Part shown: piece after piece, positions 18,935 to 29,157 of the stretch
Position numbering within the stretch: position 1 is the first letter of the stretch
How the letters are laid out: every line of letters begins with the position of its first letter
Virus record (IMG/VR): IMGVR_UViG_2671180254_000014
DNA length: 40,208 nt
Origin: a virus
Taxonomy: Duplodnaviria > Heunggongvirae > Uroviricota > Caudoviricetes
Reading direction: 5' to 3' (one strand)
Notes under the pieces: generated by a model
Told to the model about the DNA's origin: nothing
Databases searched by the model: none
What the model saw: only the letters and a program-made list of their open reading frames with translations
Program-made: the position numbers and the translations under genes

Positions 18935-19881
18935 TGCCTACCCCGATCACACCGGCGATGATCACCGCCCTGATGACGGGCTACCGTTCTGATTTTCAGG
19001 CCGGGATGTCCATGGCTCCGTCTCAGTACCAGAAAATTGCGATGACCGTACCGTCCACGTCGAAATCCAACACCTACGGCTGGCTGGGGCAGTTCCCGCA
19101 GTTCCGTGAGTGGATCGGCTCCCGCGTCATCGAGAAGATGAAAGCCTATGGCTACGCCATCGTGAACAAAACCTTTGAAGGCACCGTTGCCATTAGCCGC
19201 GATGACTTTGAAGACGACAATCTTGGCATCTACTCCCCGTTGTTCCAGGAGATGGGGCGCGCTGCGGCGGCACAACCGGATGAACTGGTCTTTGCTGCAC
19301 TGCGTGATGGTCTGAATGCGGCCTGCTATGACGGCCAGAACTTCTTTGATACCGAACACCCTGTTTACCCCAAAGTGGATGGCTCCGGTGATGCACAGAT
19401 GGTCAGCAATATGTTTGTGGCAAAAACCGGCTCTGTCGGTGCACAGGCGGATTACAGCGGCCCGGCCTGGTATCTGCTTGACTGCTCCCGCGCGGTAAAA
19501 CCGCTGATTTATCAGGATCGCCGCAAGGCCGAACTGGTTGCCCAGACAAAAGTCGATGAAGGCCGTGCGTTTACTGATAACGAGTTTGTGTTCGGTGCTT
19601 CCGCCCGTCGCAATGTGGGCTACGGCTTCTGGCAGATGGCCTACATGATGCAGTCACCGCTGACGCTGGATGCGCTGTGGCACGGCTGGTCAGCCATGCG
19701 TGACTTTAAGGCTGACGGTGGCCGCAAACTCGGCATCAAACCCACCCATATTGTTGTCCCCACCTCGCTGGAAAAACAGGCGGTGCAGCTGCTGGAGCGC
19801 GAGCTGTTCGCGGACGGTAACACCACCGTCTCTAACGAGATGAAGGGCAAGCTGGAGCTGGTTGTCGCGGATTATCTGTAA
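18934..19881 (+). CDS. major head subunit (Mu T-like)
   Basis: 315-aa ORF, start overlaps previous stop; Mu order. Confidence 0.8.
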   Translation: MPTPITPAMITALMTGYRSDFQAGMSMAPSQYQKIAMTVPSTSKSNTYGWLGQFPQFREWIGSRVIEKMKAYGYAIVNKTFEGTVAISRDDFEDDNLGIYSPLFQEMGRAAAAQPDELVFAALRDGLNAACYDGQNFFDTEHPVYPKVDGSGDAQMVSNMFVAKTGSVGAQADYSGPAWYLLDCSRAVKPLIYQDRRKAELVAQTKVDEGRAFTDNEFVFGASARRNVGYGFWQMAYMMQSPLTLDALWHGWSAMRDFKADGGRKLGIKPTHIVVPTSLEKQAVQLLERELFADGNTTVSNEMKGKLELVVADYL

Positions 19882-19924
19882 ACGGTGAGCCGGGCTTACG
19901 GCCCGGCCCCTGCGGAGGGCAAAT

Positions 19925-20278
19925 ATGAATGAACATCACACTGTGGCAGCAACAGATGATTCAGGCCTTCAGGTCAGTGGTGACAGTCCTGTCACGGTAC
20001 TGGCAGAAGTGCGTTGCAGTCGTGCGCAGTTTCGTCGTGCGGGGTTCCTGTTCATGCGGGGACGCCAGCAGGTTGACGTCACCCCGGAGCAGCTTGCCCG
20101 ACTGGAAGCGGAGCCATGCCTCACTGTACGAATACTACAGACGCCTGGTGATGATGCGGGAGCCGTGGCGGGTGTGGTTCATGCAGAGACCGGTGCAGAT
20201 TTAGCCGAAGCCGGACAGGATGCTCCCCGGAAAAAGACCGGCAATAACGCCAGACAGGCGAAAAAGGCTCGCGCATGA
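19925..20278 (+). CDS. hypothetical head-region protein
   Basis: 117-aa ORF with GGAGGG RBS; stop overlaps next start (ATGA); preferred over the +1-frame ORF 19929..20204. Confidence 0.45.
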   Translation: MNEHHTVAATDDSGLQVSGDSPVTVLAEVRCSRAQFRRAGFLFMRGRQQVDVTPEQLARLEAEPCLTVRILQTPGDDAGAVAGVVHAETGADLAEAGQDAPRKKTGNNARQAKKARA

Positions 20279-20694
20279 ATTACGCCACCGAAACCGATAT
20301 GCGGGCACGTTACCGCGAGGATTTGCTCAGGCCATTACTGGCCGTGCCCCGTTCGGATGAGCCGGACGCGCGCAAGCTGAACCGGGCACTGACGGACGCG
20401 TCTGCCCTTATCGACAGTTACCTGTCTGCCCGTTACACGCTGCCGCTGGCGGTGGTTCCGGCGGTCCTTGTTCAGCATTGCTGCACGATTGCCTTTTATT
20501 ACCTGTGCGATCAGCGGGCATCCGATCAGGCGCGTGACCGTTACCGTGAGGCGCTGGCCTGGCTGAAAGATGTCATGAACGGTAACGTGCCGGTCGGCGT
20601 GGATACAGACGGTGCGGCCCCTGAATCCGGGGATTTACCGCAGGTGCAGTCTGATGCGGCGGTGTTCGGGCGCAACCAGAAGGGCTTTATATGA
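20275..20694 (+). CDS. Mu gp36-like structural protein
   Basis: 139-aa ORF, coupled; Mu position. Confidence 0.6.
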   Translation: MNYATETDMRARYREDLLRPLLAVPRSDEPDARKLNRALTDASALIDSYLSARYTLPLAVVPAVLVQHCCTIAFYYLCDQRASDQARDRYREALAWLKDVMNGNVPVGVDTDGAAPESGDLPQVQSDAAVFGRNQKGFI

Positions 20695-21254
20695 TTACGG
20701 AAACCGAGCAAGCGTACATCGCCCGTATCCGTGAGTATTTCGGGAATGAACTGGTGTCAGTTGACACGCATCCCGGCGACTGGAGCGACAGTGTGCTGCG
20801 CACCATGCTGATTAGCGCCCCGGCGATCTACGTTGCCTGGCTGGGTGCCGGTGAAGGCCGTACCCGTGGGCGTCTGGTCAGCCACTGGGTGTTCTACGTC
20901 ATCGGCGACATGCTCAATGGCCGTGAGGTCAGCCGTCCCGGGCTTTATCAGATTGTGGCCCGCCTGATTACCGTGCTGGACGGCTTCAGAACCGAAAAAA
21001 CCTCACCGCTTTACTTTGAAAAGGCGGTCAACGGTTACACCGAAACGCAGGCCGACAGTGGCGCGGTGATGTATGCGCTTTATTTCTCCTGCGAGGAAAT
21101 GATCGCACCGCTGACTGATATCAGCTCGCTGGATGATTTCCTGCGCCATTACGAAACCTTCACCGAACCGGAAGGCACACCGGAATTTAAGGCGCACATC
21201 AGCCTGCCAGGTGCAACCGCCGCCGGTGAAAAAGCCGGACCGTCAGAGGAATAA
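20691..21254 (+). CDS. Mu gp37-like structural protein
   Basis: 187-aa ORF, coupled; Mu position. Confidence 0.6.
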   Translation: MITETEQAYIARIREYFGNELVSVDTHPGDWSDSVLRTMLISAPAIYVAWLGAGEGRTRGRLVSHWVFYVIGDMLNGREVSRPGLYQIVARLITVLDGFRTEKTSPLYFEKAVNGYTETQADSGAVMYALYFSCEEMIAPLTDISSLDDFLRHYETFTEPEGTPEFKAHISLPGATAAGEKAGPSEE

Positions 21255-21257
21255 CAG

Positions 21258-21545
21258 ATGACAACCATTTTTATCAAACCCGCGCCGGGATGCCTGATCC
21301 GCGATCCGGACACCATGAAACCGCTGGCGCAGGAGGGAGAGGAAAAACCCTTCACCCCGTTCTGGTGCCGCCGTCTTAATGACGGGGACGTCATTGTGGT
21401 GGAAAAAGCGGCTGAAGCAGCACCGGCAGCAGCGTCTGCAACGACTGATGCCGCCGGAAAACCCGCGGGAGCGGCAGCAGAAAAACCTGCGACTGAAAAA
21501 CCCGCGACTGAAAAACCCGCAGCATCAGACAAGGGGACGTCCTGA
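21258..21545 (+). CDS. Mu gp38-like small protein with KPATE repeat
   Basis: 95-aa ORF; Ala-rich C-terminus with tandem EKPAT peptide repeat from a 15-bp DNA tandem repeat. Confidence 0.5.
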   Translation: MTTIFIKPAPGCLIRDPDTMKPLAQEGEEKPFTPFWCRRLNDGDVIVVEKAAEAAPAAASATTDAAGKPAGAAAEKPATEKPATEKPAASDKGTS

Positions 21546-23047
21546 TGATTAACTTTGATTATATCGGCGATAACAATCGCATTCCGCTGGTACAGATTGA
21601 AATCAATAATTCAATGGCCGTGACCGGCACTCCACCACAGCGTCAGGCGGTACTGTTGTTTGGTCAGGCTGCAATGAAAGACACCACCATTCAGGGGCGC
21701 GGTCAGCTTGATGTACCAGTACGTATTACCCGAGCTTCACAAGCAAGAGAACTCTGGGGGCGAGGTTCCATGATTGCACTGATGGTAGAGGAATTTATCG
21801 CCATTAACCCTGACACAGAGTTATATGCCATTGCACAGGGGGCTGGAACAGGTCAGTCCAGGGCATGCGTGATGAATATCATTGGAACAGCATTGGCAGA
21901 CGGGGTGTTAAGTGTTTACATCGGCGGTCGCCGTTACCTCCTGCCCGTCAGTAAGGGGAAAAAAGGTAAAGAGCTTGTGGAAGAGCTGGCTAAGGTCATT
22001 AACGCTGACACTGATGCGCCATTCACTGCTATCGCAGCTGAAGTCAGTGGTGATAATGCTGAAGGACTTAAAGGGAGCATGGGGGTTAACGCCCGCTTTA
22101 TCGGTGAATGCTCAGCTCATGATTTACGGGTGAACTATTATGACGGTGAAACTACACCGGCCGGTCTTACGCTGGAGCTCGTCGCGCCAACACAGAAGGC
22201 AACAAACCCCGATATCACCCGTAGCGTCTCAGGGATGGGGAATCGTCAGTACAACTACATCGTCATGCCCTATAAGGATGCGGCAAATCTCAAAATTCTG
22301 GCGGATGAACTGCTGAAACGCTGGGGACCGGTAAAAATGTCGGACGGTATGGTCTGGATGGCGCATACCGGCACCTTCGGTACGGCAACCAGTTTTGGTG
22401 AATCCCGTAATGACTTCCTGTTTACCTGCACTTCTATTCCTAAAGCACCAGAGCCGGATTATGTCTGGGCGGCCTCCATTTGTGCGGTCTGTGCGCCCTC
22501 CCTGTCAACGGATCCGGCCCGACCATTACAGACACTGGCGCTGCCTGCCCGTATGGCACCTGAAGCACCGGCTCGTCTGACGCGGGAAGAGCGAAACAGC
22601 CTGCTTTATACCGGCATGTCCACGGTGACCGTTGCGGCCGCTGATGTGGTGCAGATTGAACGTCAGGTGACGATGTACCGTCAGAATGCATACGGCGAAA
22701 GCGATCCCAGCTATCTGGATGTAGAAACCATCTACACCCTGTCATATCTGCGTTATTCCCTGCGCACCTTTATCACGCAGCGTTTCCCGCGCCACAAACT
22801 GGCCGATAACGGTACTCCCGTCCGGCCCGGTCAGAATATCGTGACGCCGGAGATTATGACGCTCCAGCTGATTGCACTGGGGGAAGAATGGGTGGAACTC
22901 GGGCTGGTCGAAAATCTGGACACCTTTAAAAAGAATCTGCTCGTGGAGCGCAACACAAAAGACCGTAACCGTCTGGATGTGATGTGTACACCGGATCTGG
23001 TTAACCAGTTCCGCTTCATGGCCGCGCAGATCCGTTTCATTTTGTGA
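21545..23047 (+). CDS. tail sheath protein (Mu L-like)
   Basis: 500-aa ORF followed by small tube gene; contractile-tail order. Confidence 0.8.
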   Translation: MINFDYIGDNNRIPLVQIEINNSMAVTGTPPQRQAVLLFGQAAMKDTTIQGRGQLDVPVRITRASQARELWGRGSMIALMVEEFIAINPDTELYAIAQGAGTGQSRACVMNIIGTALADGVLSVYIGGRRYLLPVSKGKKGKELVEELAKVINADTDAPFTAIAAEVSGDNAEGLKGSMGVNARFIGECSAHDLRVNYYDGETTPAGLTLELVAPTQKATNPDITRSVSGMGNRQYNYIVMPYKDAANLKILADELLKRWGPVKMSDGMVWMAHTGTFGTATSFGESRNDFLFTCTSIPKAPEPDYVWAASICAVCAPSLSTDPARPLQTLALPARMAPEAPARLTREERNSLLYTGMSTVTVAAADVVQIERQVTMYRQNAYGESDPSYLDVETIYTLSYLRYSLRTFITQRFPRHKLADNGTPVRPGQNIVTPEIMTLQLIALGEEWVELGLVENLDTFKKNLLVERNTKDRNRLDVMCTPDLVNQFRFMAAQIRFIL

Positions 23048-23055
23048 GGTAAGGC

Positions 23056-23421
23056 ATGAGCGGAAAACAGCATCAGGGCACGGCCACCATCCGTGTGAAC
23101 GGACAGGAGTACGCCACCCTTGAGGGAGCCACGTTCTCCCCGTCCGGCTTTGAGCGTGAAGTGGTGAAAGGCGCGAAAGTCTATGGCTATCGTGAGAAAC
23201 CCCGTGAGGCGACGCTGGACTGTAAATTTCCGGCTGGCGGAGAAGGTTCACCGGCTGCCGATGAAATCAACACCTGGACTGCGGTCACGATTGAGTTCGT
23301 GGCCGATACCGGTGAAGTCCATATGATGACGAAGGCCTGGAGCAGTGAACCGGCCTCGCTTGACGGTGGCGGTGATATCTCCGCGAAGTTCGCCAGCGCC
23401 ACCAGTACCCGTGTCCAGTAA
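23056..23421 (+). CDS. tail tube protein (Mu M-like)
   Basis: 121-aa ORF after sheath. Confidence 0.75.
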   Translation: MSGKQHQGTATIRVNGQEYATLEGATFSPSGFEREVVKGAKVYGYREKPREATLDCKFPAGGEGSPAADEINTWTAVTIEFVADTGEVHMMTKAWSSEPASLDGGGDISAKFASATSTRVQ

Positions 23422-23435
23422 TCAGGAAAAATGCA

Positions 23436-23915
23436 ATGACCACACGTAAGAAAAAAACGGCGGTTTCTGACGAGGCCGTGATGGAGGCTATCCGGGATGT
23501 ACTTGAAGACGGCGATCCCCGCACCGCCGGGCTGGCTGAACAGCTGGCGAACGGCTATGTGGATCTGCTCGACGGTCTGCCGTTCGGGGAATCCCGTGAA
23601 TACCGCGTCACCTTCCGCGAACTGACGGCGAAAGACAGCATTGACGCGGAAACCGAGGCCGAGCGTCTTATGGAAACCCGAAATGGCGGCCCGGTTCTGA
23701 TAGCCTCGCCGGCACTGCGCGGCATTGCACTGCTGCGCCGTCAGATTGCCGCTGTTGGCCAGATTGAGGGGCCATTGTCTCCGCGTCAGATCGGACAGCT
23801 CAGCGAGCGCGATCTCTCCCGTCTGATGGCGGCGGTAAGCCTGCTTGATTCCGCGATGGCAGGAAAGCTGGTCGCTGAACGGGGGCGACCAGATGCAGTG
23901 CCGGGATCAGATTGA
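23436..23915 (+). CDS. tail assembly chaperone (Mu gp41-like)
   Basis: 159-aa ORF between tube and tape measure; a +1-frame ORF overlaps its 3' end. Confidence 0.55.
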   Translation: MTTRKKKTAVSDEAVMEAIRDVLEDGDPRTAGLAEQLANGYVDLLDGLPFGESREYRVTFRELTAKDSIDAETEAERLMETRNGGPVLIASPALRGIALLRRQIAAVGQIEGPLSPRQIGQLSERDLSRLMAAVSLLDSAMAGKLVAERGRPDAVPGSD

Positions 23916-24039
23916 AGAAGCCGCAATTGTGCTGGGGATGGTGACAAAAAGCGGCCCGGAGTGGGCGCTTAACCTCCCCTTATCGCAGCTTTACCGGCAC
24001 TGCCGACAGACCGAAAAAATTCTCAGAACGAAGCAGTAA
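23893..24039 (+). CDS. possible frameshift extension or small ORF of the tail chaperone
   Basis: ORF 23845..24039 in +1 frame relative to gp41 overlapping its last ~70 nt; internal ATG 23893. Confidence 0.3.
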   Translation: MQCRDQIEEAAIVLGMVTKSGPEWALNLPLSQLYRHCRQTEKILRTKQ

Positions 24040-24042
24040 CCC

Positions 24043-26100
24043 ATGGCAAAAAACCTGAAAGCCTCCCTGATTGTCGATTTACTCGGCAATATTTCCGCCA
24101 AATCCCGCCAGTGGTCACAGGAGCTGGGGGCATTCTCCCGTTCCGGCAGGACGGGGCTGGGTGGTCTTGGAAATGCAGCACGCCGGGCCGGTCAGGAAAC
24201 AGAGCTTGTTGGCTCCCGTATGCAGCGAACGCTTGCCGGTGTTCGTGGCAGTATCCGCACGGTAACGTCAGATTTTGACCGCCTGCAGGGCAGCATTACC
24301 GGCACCATCGGGCGGATAAGCAACCTTTACGGGATGCTGGCGGGAGGGGCTGCGGTCTACGGTTTTAATAAAGCCTTTATCCGCCCGGCCGCAGAGATGG
24401 AGAACTATATTCTGCGTCTCAACGCCATTAATCATGGCGATAAGGCAAAAACGGAAGCAGTGAAAGCCTGGGCGGTACAGAACGCCAAAGACACCACCTG
24501 GGGGCTGGCGGGGGTTATGCAGGAATACGCCTCCAGTCGCGGGTTTGGCATGAGTGACAGGGAAGCCCGTCGCTTTATTACCATGCTTCAGGATCAGGGC
24601 GGCTATCACGGCTGGTCACTGTCAGAGGCACAGGGTGCGTCCCTGCAACTCAAACAGATGTTTGCCCGCCAGAGTATCCAGGCAGCGGACGCCAATATTC
24701 TGACCGGATACGGGATTAACGTTTACCAGTTACTGGCCGATAAGCTGGGTGTAAACCAGAAGATCATCCGTGAGAAAGGCGAGAAAGGAAAACTGGGACC
24801 GGACAGCATTCGCCTGTTATTTCAGGTGATGGCCGAACAGGCAAAAGGTGCCCAGAAAAACGCCATGAACTCATGGACGGGAATGACGTCCATGATGGGT
24901 GACGTCTGGGATCAGTTTGCCCGTGACGTGATGGCGAAGGGACCGTTTGACAGCCTGAAAAAGAGCCTGAAAGGCTTTCTGGATTATGCCGATGCGGCAC
25001 AGAAAAGCGGCTTACAGGATAAGCTGGCCACACAGACGGCCTCAGCACTGAATCAGGGATTTGAGTATGCCAGAGATGCTGCGACCGGCTTTTACCGGGC
25101 CATTCAGAAAGTCAGGGAAACGCTTCAGGCACTGCGCGACGCCGGTTATGGCGATGCGCTGGATCGTATTGGTCAGGGTGCGCAGACCGCCGCAAAGTAC
25201 CTGATGTATATGTATCTCGCCTCCCGTGCGCTGAAGGTGCTCAGGTTTGCAGGGACGGGGGCATTACGTCTCGGCGCAACCCCCTTACGCTATGGCATGG
25301 CGATGACCTCCGTGCTGACGTCGCCCTTCCGCAAACCGCAGACCACTGTACCGGGAACGCAGCCCGGACGCGCTGGCCGGTTCCTGAATTTCCTTACCGG
25401 GGTAAATCCGGCTGCCGTTCAGCCCGTGCTGGTCACCAACTGGCCTGCGGGTGGCCTGGCCTCAGGTGGCGGGGATGTGGTGGTCAGCGGTGACGGCAAA
25501 ACCGTGCGCGGCCGTAAAAAACGCGGCCCCGGACGTGGACGGGGTGTCACGACCGTCGTGACTGCCGGTGAGCAACTGGCGGAGAGTGCCGGTAAACAGG
25601 GCTTCTTCGGTCGTATGATGAGCCGTGCCGGTGGTCTGCTAACGGCGGCCGGAAACCGCATGGGGCTGGGGCGTTTTGCCGGGCTGTTCCGTGGTGCCGG
25701 TCGGCTGGGTGGTGGTGCCCTGTGGGCCGGTGCCATGGCGGCTCCTGTACTGCTGGACAGCAGCGCCAGTGCAGCCGATAAAGCCGGTGCCGTGGGTTCT
25801 CTTGCCGGAAGTATCGCCGGTGGCGCGCTGGGGGCGGCTGCCGGTCCGGTCGGGGTTGCCATTGGTTCCACGGTGGGCAGCTATCTCGGTGATTATCTGG
25901 GGGGCTGGCTGACGCAGGCCTGGCAGAAACTGCGTGGCAGCAGTGACGAAAACGGCGGACAGGCCACCGCGAAAACCGCCGCACGGGTGGAGCTTGTGGC
26001 CCCTGAAGGCTGGCGGGCGCGCAGTATTGATGTGGATGATACCGCACAGCATGGCCTGGATGTGAACGTCTGGAACGGAGGGAACTATGGCCTCTACTGA
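24043..26100 (+). CDS. tail tape measure protein
   Basis: 685-aa ORF, Gly/Ala-rich C-terminal region; position after tube and chaperone. Confidence 0.8.
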   Translation: MAKNLKASLIVDLLGNISAKSRQWSQELGAFSRSGRTGLGGLGNAARRAGQETELVGSRMQRTLAGVRGSIRTVTSDFDRLQGSITGTIGRISNLYGMLAGGAAVYGFNKAFIRPAAEMENYILRLNAINHGDKAKTEAVKAWAVQNAKDTTWGLAGVMQEYASSRGFGMSDREARRFITMLQDQGGYHGWSLSEAQGASLQLKQMFARQSIQAADANILTGYGINVYQLLADKLGVNQKIIREKGEKGKLGPDSIRLLFQVMAEQAKGAQKNAMNSWTGMTSMMGDVWDQFARDVMAKGPFDSLKKSLKGFLDYADAAQKSGLQDKLATQTASALNQGFEYARDAATGFYRAIQKVRETLQALRDAGYGDALDRIGQGAQTAAKYLMYMYLASRALKVLRFAGTGALRLGATPLRYGMAMTSVLTSPFRKPQTTVPGTQPGRAGRFLNFLTGVNPAAVQPVLVTNWPAGGLASGGGDVVVSGDGKTVRGRKKRGPGRGRGVTTVVTAGEQLAESAGKQGFFGRMMSRAGGLLTAAGNRMGLGRFAGLFRGAGRLGGGALWAGAMAAPVLLDSSASAADKAGAVGSLAGSIAGGALGAAAGPVGVAIGSTVGSYLGDYLGGWLTQAWQKLRGSSDENGGQATAKTAARVELVAPEGWRARSIDVDDTAQHGLDVNVWNGGNYGLY

Positions 26101-27445
26101 CACGCCGGGGCGTGGCTCCTTTCGTGGCGTACCGTTCCTGGTTTATCAGGAGCAGCGGGAACGGGGCGGACGTAACATTGTGCGCCGTGAATACCCACTG
26201 CGTGAAAGCGGCGGTGCGGATGATCTGGGGCCAAAACTCCCGGAGTTCACATTCACGGTTCTAGTGACCGGAGACGATCTTCAGACACAGCGAAGCCGCC
26301 TGCGTGATGCGCTGCGTGCACCCGGTGCCGGTGAACTGATGCACCCGGATTACGGCACGTTAAACGTGCTGATAAACAGCTTTGAAAGCCGTTATAACGC
26401 CAGCGAGCAGGGAACGGTTGAGTTCACGATCAACGTGATCCCCGCCAGTGACGATACCGCCCCTTCGGTGGCAGAAGATACGGCAGCTGCGCTGGAGCAG
26501 AAAAGCGGCTCAGCAATGAATCAGCTGTTTAACACACTTTCAGACGGCTGGACGGTGATTTCAGACGGTCTGCATGATGTACAGGCCATGACCGACACCA
26601 TCAGCGATAAAATTGATGCGCTGGAGAATGCCGTTTCAGGGATGGGGATTGTGCAGGATATCAGTGCCTTTACGGCCAGTTTTACTGCCCTGAAAGGGAA
26701 TGCCGCCGCCCTGATTAATGCGCCCCGTCGCATGGCTGAATCGCTGGCCGGAATGTTTGCCGTGCTGGCGGGGCTGCCCGGCGATCCTTCCCTGTCGCTG
26801 ACCGGAAAAGCCGGAACGCCGTCCGGCAGCCTGACCACAAACCGTGACAGCACGACAGAGCAGGCCATGCCGCAGCTGTACCGCACACTTTCTTCCCTGC
26901 GTTACACCCTCAGCGAACAGGATGATCCGCAGCGCCTGATTGGTCTGACGCCTGCGGCACAGAACAATATCCGTCTGCTGCGGAGCGTCATGCAGAGTGC
27001 AGCCCTGGTGTCGCAGGCGCAGACGGTCGGAAAACTGCTGGATCAGGTCATCCGGCAGAATACGACGCACGTTCAGGATACTGACCGTGCGGGCGGACTG
27101 GCCTGGCTGGAAAGTTCTGCTGATGTGCAGCGTATCAACCGGGATTTGAGCGATGCCATGGAACAACAGGTGCTGGATCTGTCCGCACAGGGCCATACCG
27201 GCACCGCCCTTGCATTACGTGATGCAGGGCTTGCGCTGACAGAAGATTTAACCACGCGGAGCGTGCATCTTCCCGGTGCTTTTCAGGTCATGGTGCGAAC
27301 CACCGAACCGGCACTGGTCACGCTGTACCGTGCCACCGGTAACAGCCGCCGCTGGCAGTATTTTGTCCGCAGAAACAATATCCCCGATCCGGTTTTTGTT
27401 CCGGGTGGCCGCCGCGTGGAGGTGATCAGTGAGCAGCAGGATTGA
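26087..27445 (+). CDS. DNA circularization protein N-like tail protein
   Basis: 452-aa ORF after tape measure; Mu N position. Confidence 0.75.
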   Translation: MASTDTPGRGSFRGVPFLVYQEQRERGGRNIVRREYPLRESGGADDLGPKLPEFTFTVLVTGDDLQTQRSRLRDALRAPGAGELMHPDYGTLNVLINSFESRYNASEQGTVEFTINVIPASDDTAPSVAEDTAAALEQKSGSAMNQLFNTLSDGWTVISDGLHDVQAMTDTISDKIDALENAVSGMGIVQDISAFTASFTALKGNAAALINAPRRMAESLAGMFAVLAGLPGDPSLSLTGKAGTPSGSLTTNRDSTTEQAMPQLYRTLSSLRYTLSEQDDPQRLIGLTPAAQNNIRLLRSVMQSAALVSQAQTVGKLLDQVIRQNTTHVQDTDRAGGLAWLESSADVQRINRDLSDAMEQQVLDLSAQGHTGTALALRDAGLALTEDLTTRSVHLPGAFQVMVRTTEPALVTLYRATGNSRRWQYFVRRNNIPDPVFVPGGRRVEVISEQQD

Positions 27446-28553
27446 ACTGTATATCGGCGGCAGTATTTTTTCCGGCTGGCTGACGGTCAGCGTCCGTCGC
27501 TCGCTGGAGCATCTGGCCGGGTCGTTTGAACTGGGGCTGATGCTGCCCGGTGAGCGCATCCCCTCAGCCCTGCGGACCGGTCAGTCCCTGACGCTCAGAA
27601 TTAACGGGCAGACGGTCATCAGTGGCTGGCTGGATCAGGTCAGTCAGCGGATCAGTGCAACCCGTCATCAGATCAGCATCAGCGGTCGGGATAAAACCGG
27701 CGACCTGGTGGACTGTGCCGCCATCCATCCCGGCAGCCAGTGGCGCAACCGGACGCTGGCACAGATTGCCGCAGATTTATGTGCGCCCTTCGGGATAGCC
27801 GTGCGCTGGCAGGTTAACGACGACACGGCTGCACGCCCCTTCAGCTCTTTTACGCTGGAAAACTCAGAAACCGTGGCGGATGCGCTGACCCGTGCTGCCC
27901 GGCATCGCGGGGTGCTGGTGACCAGTAATGCTGACGGCGATCTGGTGTTCACCCAGGCAGGAAGCCAGCAGACGGACAGACTGGTGCTGGGAGATAACCT
28001 GCTTGATGCCGATTACAACACGGACTGGCGAGGACGATACAGCGAATACCGTGTCCGGGGACACGGGCGCGGTGGTGGCAAACGGGGAGACAGCGAATCC
28101 GCCGCCCGTCTGGCAGCACCTGTGGGCGTCATCAGTGATGAGCAGATCGGCCGCTACCGGCCGAAAATCATCCTCGCCGATCAACAGACAGACATCACCG
28201 GTGCACGGCAGCGTGCCCTGCGTGAAATGCGCCGTGCGATTGCCCGTTCAGAACGGTTTTCTGCCACCGTGCGTGGCTGGTTCCGGGATGATGGCCGGTT
28301 ATGGGATGTCAATCTGCTGACCGGTGTTTCAGCCCTGCGTTTCGGTATAGAACAGACTGAACTGCTGGTCTGTCAGGTGGAGTTTTTACTTGATGAGCAT
28401 AACGGGGAAGTCACCCGGCTGGTACTGGCACCGCGTGACGGCTTTATCGTTCCGGCAGAGCCGGACAGTAAGGGCCGGGGTGGTTCCGGTGACGATGTTG
28501 ATGCCTTTATTCGCCAGCAGATGAAAAAACAGGGGATCAGCTTTGATGAATGA
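27429..28553 (+). CDS. tail/baseplate protein (Mu P-like)
   Basis: 374-aa ORF; Mu gp44 position. Confidence 0.75.
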   Translation: MSSRIELYIGGSIFSGWLTVSVRRSLEHLAGSFELGLMLPGERIPSALRTGQSLTLRINGQTVISGWLDQVSQRISATRHQISISGRDKTGDLVDCAAIHPGSQWRNRTLAQIAADLCAPFGIAVRWQVNDDTAARPFSSFTLENSETVADALTRAARHRGVLVTSNADGDLVFTQAGSQQTDRLVLGDNLLDADYNTDWRGRYSEYRVRGHGRGGGKRGDSESAARLAAPVGVISDEQIGRYRPKIILADQQTDITGARQRALREMRRAIARSERFSATVRGWFRDDGRLWDVNLLTGVSALRFGIEQTELLVCQVEFLLDEHNGEVTRLVLAPRDGFIVPAEPDSKGRGGSGDDVDAFIRQQMKKQGISFDE

Positions 28554-29157
28554 TGAAGTGTTCAGCCGCCTGATTGCCCCGGTAACGCGCGGTATTCGCC
28601 TGTTGTTTGGCCGGGGCGTTCTGACCGGCACACATGACGAACTGAAAATGCAGAATGTGCAGCTCACCGGCATGGACGGCGAAACCTTTGATGATGTGGA
28701 GCGTCCCCAGCAGTACGGGCAGATCAGCGTTCCCCTGCCGGGTGCGGAAACCTTTTTTGCCTGTCTGGGCGGACAGCGGGATCAGACTGTGGTGCTTGTG
28801 GTGGAAGACCGGCGCAGCCGCCCGACCGGACTCACAGCCGGAGATACGGGGGTGTATCACCATGAGGGGCACCGGATACGGTTAACAAAGGATGGCCGCA
28901 TTATTGTGACATGCAAAATGCTGGAGATTTACGCCGACGAGGGGATGCGGGTGGATACGCCGGAAGCCACCTTTACGGGCAATGTGACGGTGGATAAGAA
29001 CCTGCATGTTAAGGGTAATTTCGCGCTTGAGGGTACGGGGAAATCTCAGGGACTGTTCACAATGTCGGATGCCGTTATTGCAGGGATACGGTATTCCGGC
29101 CATGTGCATCATGATAACGGCGAAGGCAGTAAGACAGGAGTGCCGGAGAATGGCTGA
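28543..29157 (+). CDS. baseplate assembly/spike protein (Mu gp45-like)
   Basis: 204-aa ORF in baseplate cluster. Confidence 0.7.
   Translation: MMNDEVFSRLIAPVTRGIRLLFGRGVLTGTHDELKMQNVQLTGMDGETFDDVERPQQYGQISVPLPGAETFFACLGGQRDQTVVLVVEDRRSRPTGLTAGDTGVYHHEGHRIRLTKDGRIIVTCKMLEIYADEGMRVDTPEATFTGNVTVDKNLHVKGNFALEGTGKSQGLFTMSDAVIAGIRYSGHVHHDNGEGSKTGVPENG

Noticed and set aside
19929-20204. 91-aa ORF in an alternate frame to 19925..20278
   Set aside because: The 19925 frame has an RBS and stop/start coupling to the next gene; the alternate frame has neither.
24071-26103. Several alternate-frame and antisense ORFs inside the tape-measure gene, Pro/Arg/Gly-rich
   Set aside because: They fall in a GC-rich, compositionally biased stretch fully covered by the 685-aa tape-measure ORF and have no start signals; treated as frame artefacts.
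29006-29149. Upstream extension of the gp46 ORF from 29006
   Set aside because: The extension overlaps gp45 in another frame; the internal ATG at 29150 is coupled to the gp45 stop and gives a protein of typical size.
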